Below are positions 59,498-64,000 of a stretch of DNA of 64,000 nucleotides, piece by piece. The position numbers were made by a program, and so were the translations under genes. The notes below the pieces were generated by a model. The model had not been told where the DNA came from and made no database searches. It saw only the letters and a list, made by a program, of their open reading frames with translations. Source of the DNA: the human T2T-CHM13v2.0 reference genome, Homo sapiens; assembly GCF_009914755.1 (NCBI RefSeq), contig NC_060936.1; one strand, written 5' to 3'. How positions within the stretch are numbered: position 1 is the stretch's first letter; every line of letters starts with the position of its first letter.

Positions 59498-61379
59498 GAA
59501 CCCACCCCTTCAGGCAGCCCCTATCACTGCTGTGGGGGGTTGGCACATAAGACTAAACTTATTTGCTACTCCTGATATAGAGATAATATTTTGGATGGGA
59601 AGTTAGAGGAAAAGGAGGGCAGATGGTCTGGTGGTCAGCAAAGCCTTGGAGTCTGGCTGGGAAAGGCATTTCAGGCCGGGCAGTGGCATACCCAGCATTA
59701 GCTAACATTCATTGAGACTTAGAATGGTTCAGCCCATGTGGTAAGTCCATTACATGAATTAACTGATTAAACTCTGTCAACAGACAACTGAAAGAGGCAA
59801 GTGCTATTATTATTCCCTTTTTTCTTTGAGGCACAGAGAAGTCAAGTAGTGTGTCCAGGGTCACACAGGTAGGGAGTGGTTGGTGTGAACCCCTGTGATC
59901 TGACCATAGAGCTTGTGCCCTTCATCCCCCACAGCTCACTGCCTCTAACAGACAAGGAGGGGCCCAGTCAGGCCAGAGCTAAGGGTTAATTTAGGGAAGA
60001 GGAGATTCATTTAGGGATGAGACTAGAAGAGGACTCAACATCCAGACTGTAGAAAGCCTTAGAGTATTATCTTCTTGGTAAGTAGAAACCCCTCAGGTAT
60101 TTTTCTTTTTTCCCTAAGAAGTTAATTTTAGAGCTGAAATGGACTTTAATTCTGACTTGGCCTTGAAAAATCAAGCAATGAACTGTCAGCCTCCTGGAAA
60201 TAGCATCCTTGGGGCCTTTGGAATTTGGACTGTGAGTCTGCAGCCCTCCAGCAGCCTCTTCCTTTAGGGAACCCACCAAGATTTTAGATTCTTGGCCTTT
60301 GGAGTTAAAGCGACAGGAGAGGGAGAGGACCAGAGGAGGCAGTTCAGCCAAAGGATGTTCTCAAATTCCCAAATCTTTGTTTAAACTTTAGTTGTGGGGA
60401 CTTGATGCTTACTTAAAGGAAAAACATCTACTCAACAGTTTGTAAAACTGGTGGCGGTAGCCAAATTCAGCCCATAGAGGTGTGCCTTATTTAGCCCACC
60501 TGGCATTCTTTCAAATATTTAAGAGAGTTACCAATCTCTAACAACTGGGAGATTTTATATACCATTTTCTTTGAAAATTTTGAAGATTTAGCAAATTAGA
60601 ACTAGCTGGTTGTAGTTCACCCCCTTTAGCTGCATCATAAACTGTCTAATTCACCCCTGTCCCCACCACTCCCTTCTGTCTCACACCTGGCCCATTTCAC
60701 TCAGATATGTCACCCATCTGGCTCCTGAGGGTATTTGAATTTTGAAACCCTGATTCAGTACTGGGATAAAAAAGGATGCAATGCTAAAAAGGGAGTTTAG
60801 ATTTTCATCTATAAAGGCAGGCATTGCCAATTCATTATGCGTGTTTGTGTGAGTCAGAAGTGACCAGTGGGTGCATCACAGGGAGTGAAACCACCCTCCA
60901 TTATCGCTGGCATTATGGAGTGAATTAGTTACTTCATGTAAAGCACTTACAAGAGTGCCTGGCACACCAATTCTCTTTTATGCTATAATTAATATGTGTT
61001 AATTGATACTGTTAATTCATACTTTTAAATTATCATGTGTACTTGTCCCAGGTTCTGCATTTACCCTTTCTATACATTCCCTCACTGTGTTATCACAGCC
61101 AGCATACAAGGTAAGTACTAGTCACGTCCATGTTATGGATATGGAAACTGCGACTCTGAGAGGTGAGCGGTTACCTGTCTGAGGTCATGCATTGGGGAAA
61201 TGGTGGAATTGGGGTGCAGGCCTGCGTGTGTGAGTTGAGAGCCCCCACTTTAAAACACTCTTCTGGGCTCTTCTGCTTGTCTGGTTGGGGACTGATCTTT
61301 ATTCACTACTAAAGCTCTCTGGGTCAGCATTTAGATTACTTATTAAGCTTTATTTGATGGCCAGAGAAAAATGCATTGA

Positions 61380-61812
61380 GATTGTGGATATAAATGAAGA
61401 CCACCCAAATGAGAACAAACAGAGGAATATTTACTCAGAGCTTACTGTGTCAGTGGGGGTTGGTCACCAGCACTTGCATTAGCAGAGACTCAAAGGCAGG
61501 CAGAGGAATGAGAAAGCTTCAGGTGTGCTTGGATTGGAGGGTTTTGGCCTGGAGGAGCTGGAGGCAGGATAGCTAGAAGCAGACATTTTATGTGATGGGC
61601 TTGGGAGCACAGTTGGCTTTCTCTGGTTGGCCCGGAGCTGGAAGCAGAGGCAGAAAAGAGAAGAGCTGGGAGTCATTGACCAGGCTATGACTATTCTAGG
61701 CTGATTGTTGCAGAGGTTGTGGCTTGACTTCCTGGCTGCTGCACGGTGGAAGATCAGAGTTGTATTGTTATATGTTGTCTGGCCGTTGTCCATTTGTATA
61801 TTCAGTCTCTCG
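61380..61812. mobile_element. MER31-like ERV1 LTR
   Basis: aaacagagg...tttactcagagctt...gcagagactcaaaggcaggcagaggaatg...ttggctttctctggttggccc. Confidence 0.6.
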
Positions 61813-62629
61813 AAATAAGATACTTTTCTTAGGCCTAAGGAAATGTGTTATTTCCCAGCGTAACTGATTGTCTGTTTTAATCATGTCTCTTATGAATGAG
61901 ATGTGACACATTTCATTCTGGCTTAGGTGAGGACCCAGATCAAAGCGTGAATGTGCACAAGATTTGCTGAGATCGAATTTCAGAGCTGGAGACACATGGA
62001 AAAGAAACAGATGTGTACCATTCCACGTGCCATGCTGCTATTTCAGACTGCACATTGTAGAGGGGCCCGTCTGAACAAAAATTAAATCGGTGATTCTCTA
62101 ATACCAAGATAGATTCTGTGCAGCATTAGCACGTACATCTCACCCATGCCTTGAAAAAACCCTTCAGCAAAGGGTCATCAAGTGGGGTTTGGAGGGGGCT
62201 GGGGGCTGGTGGCAGGGAAGTGCCAGGCTGGAGTTGGGGTAGGTCTTTGCTACACTTCCAGGAAAGTTTGAAATATTATGAAATTCTGCCCCCTCCAAAT
62301 ATAATATCTCTGGGGCTGAGAGAGGTCCTGGGAAGCTTTATCTCTGATTTATTAAAATAGGGTTTTCTCAGCTCACACAGAGAGCCTCCTGGGCTGACCT
62401 CTCCGTCTCTTAGACGGTGGAGCCCAGTGGTTAAGAATGTGAACTCTGAAGCCAGACTGTCTGGGTTTGAATCCTGACTCTGCCACATACCAGCTGTGTG
62501 ACTTTGGGAAAGTTACTTAACTTCTCTGTGCCACAGTTTCCCAATCTGTACGTGGGGACAGTTTATGCTTTAAGTGACTATTTATGAAGTGTCAACTTTG
62601 TGGTCAGGTCAGACTCTTCCTTTAACTTG

Positions 62630-63295
62630 GAAGCCACCTTCCTCCTGGGTGTTCAGGCCAAACACCCAGTAACCACGATTGATTCTCCCTATTCTCTGAC
62701 ACTCCACAGCTGAGTCATCAGTAAATTCTAGAGTTCTTCCTCTGAAATATATAGACTCTATCTACCTCCACTGCTATGACCCAGGTCTAAGCCAGCATCC
62801 CCTCCTGGCTGGACATCTACAGGAGCCCCCTTGAGGTCTCCCTGCCTCCATTTTTGCCCGTGTAGTCTGTTCTGGAGTTAAGGCTCAGGCCGCCATGTTG
62901 CCTACAAGGCCCTGCGTGGTCTGGACCTGTTATCTCCCATGACTTTTCCTCTCCCCACTCAGCAACAGCCATGCTGGCCCACCCCCTTTTTGGCCTTTAG
63001 GCATGCTCCTACCCAGGGCCTCTGCACCGGCTTCAATAACTCACCCTTAGCTTCCTACTTAATCCTGCACCCCCTGCCCCACTGGGCCTCTTGCCCTGTC
63101 CTGATTTTTTGACCTACTATATTTGTGTTAACGACGTAAGATATCATTGTTTATTGTCTGCTTTTCCTGCTAGCAAGTCATCTCCATAAGGGCAGGGACC
63201 TTTGTCTCCTGTATTTTTGATGTATCTTGAGGATCTAGAACATTGTCTACCACATAGTAAGTGCTCAATAAATACTTGTTGAATGAATGAATGTA
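62630..63295 (+). mobile_element. L2 3' region, preceded by a MIR (~62420-62555)
   Basis: Canonical L2 tail gtgctcaataaatacttgttgaatgaatgaatg. Confidence 0.8.
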
Positions 63296-64000
63296 TCCTA
63301 GGTATTGTGAGGCATTGTTCCCAGATAAAGGGAACAATGGCAATGAATAAATGAATCGTCAAGATTGTATGAATTCATGATATAAATAAGTAACAATTTC
63401 ATAAATATTGAAAGTTAGGACACATAGGGGATGCAATTCTGGCAAAAGTTTCCTCCTACCTGTAATGTGATTACTGATTCGTCACCTCTAATCAAACAAT
63501 GGGCTATGCCAGTGTATCCTAAACTTGAGTAATTCATACACTGGCTTTGAGTTTTTTGGGTCATATCAGATACCATCATGTGCCACCTTCATAAGTTAAA
63601 TCATGTACCCGTGCCTTCTGTGCAGTTTTTGTTTACTCTTTGTCTTTAAATCATATCACTTTTTAAAACTCATATGAATGCATTTAGAAAGGAAACCTAA
63701 CATCTGGTACCATAAATGGAAACCAATATTACTTGTTAACATGAAAGGGTATTATAAAAATAAATTAACATAAAATAGCAACAACAAAAAACAATGCCAT
63801 TAAGTTCTAAGTAGGCACCATCACCTGCCGAAGGCCGGGGACCTGTGGCCTGGTCTCTGTAGAAGAAGAAGAGCATGTGCTATGGAGAGGCCAGGGCCAC
63901 ACTGAGTCACCACTGGAAGTCATCAGAGGCTTAAAGGAGACCTTGATGGGGATGTTTGTCTCCCTCCAGGACTTGATGTTATTAAGGCCACACCTGTGCA

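Noticed and set aside
59265-59606. 48-bp repeats as a CRISPR array or a repeat-protein gene
   Set aside because: The units are contiguous with no unique spacers, there are no cas genes and the context is eukaryotic; the ORFs stay open only because 48 is divisible by 3.

Overview
Primate (human-like) genomic DNA, roughly half interspersed repeats (Alu, L1, L2, MIR, MaLR/ERV LTRs, hAT DNA transposons). It carries the 5' part of TMEM132B on the + strand: a 52-nt coding mini-exon (32822-32873, MFGAASRMDTTAVCTGG) joined in frame across a 22.8-kb intron to the 892-nt second exon (55650-56541). The rest is intronic, and nearly all other listed ORFs are repeat-derived or chance. The most unusual structures are: two long inverted duplications of non-Alu sequence with similar geometry (30142-31998 and 44471-45980); a 609-bp orphan retro-insertion with poly(A), AATAAA and a perfect 16-bp TSD that splits a CpG-rich region (36517-37157); a 77-bp-arm AT-rich palindrome; a 35-bp-arm template-switch hairpin; an L1PA with a short 3' transduction; and two tight inverted Alu pairs. 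I found no prokaryote-type system such as CRISPR or an operon. Repeat subfamily names come from recalled consensus motifs, repeat boundaries are approximate unless a TSD fixes them, and identities were counted by eye.
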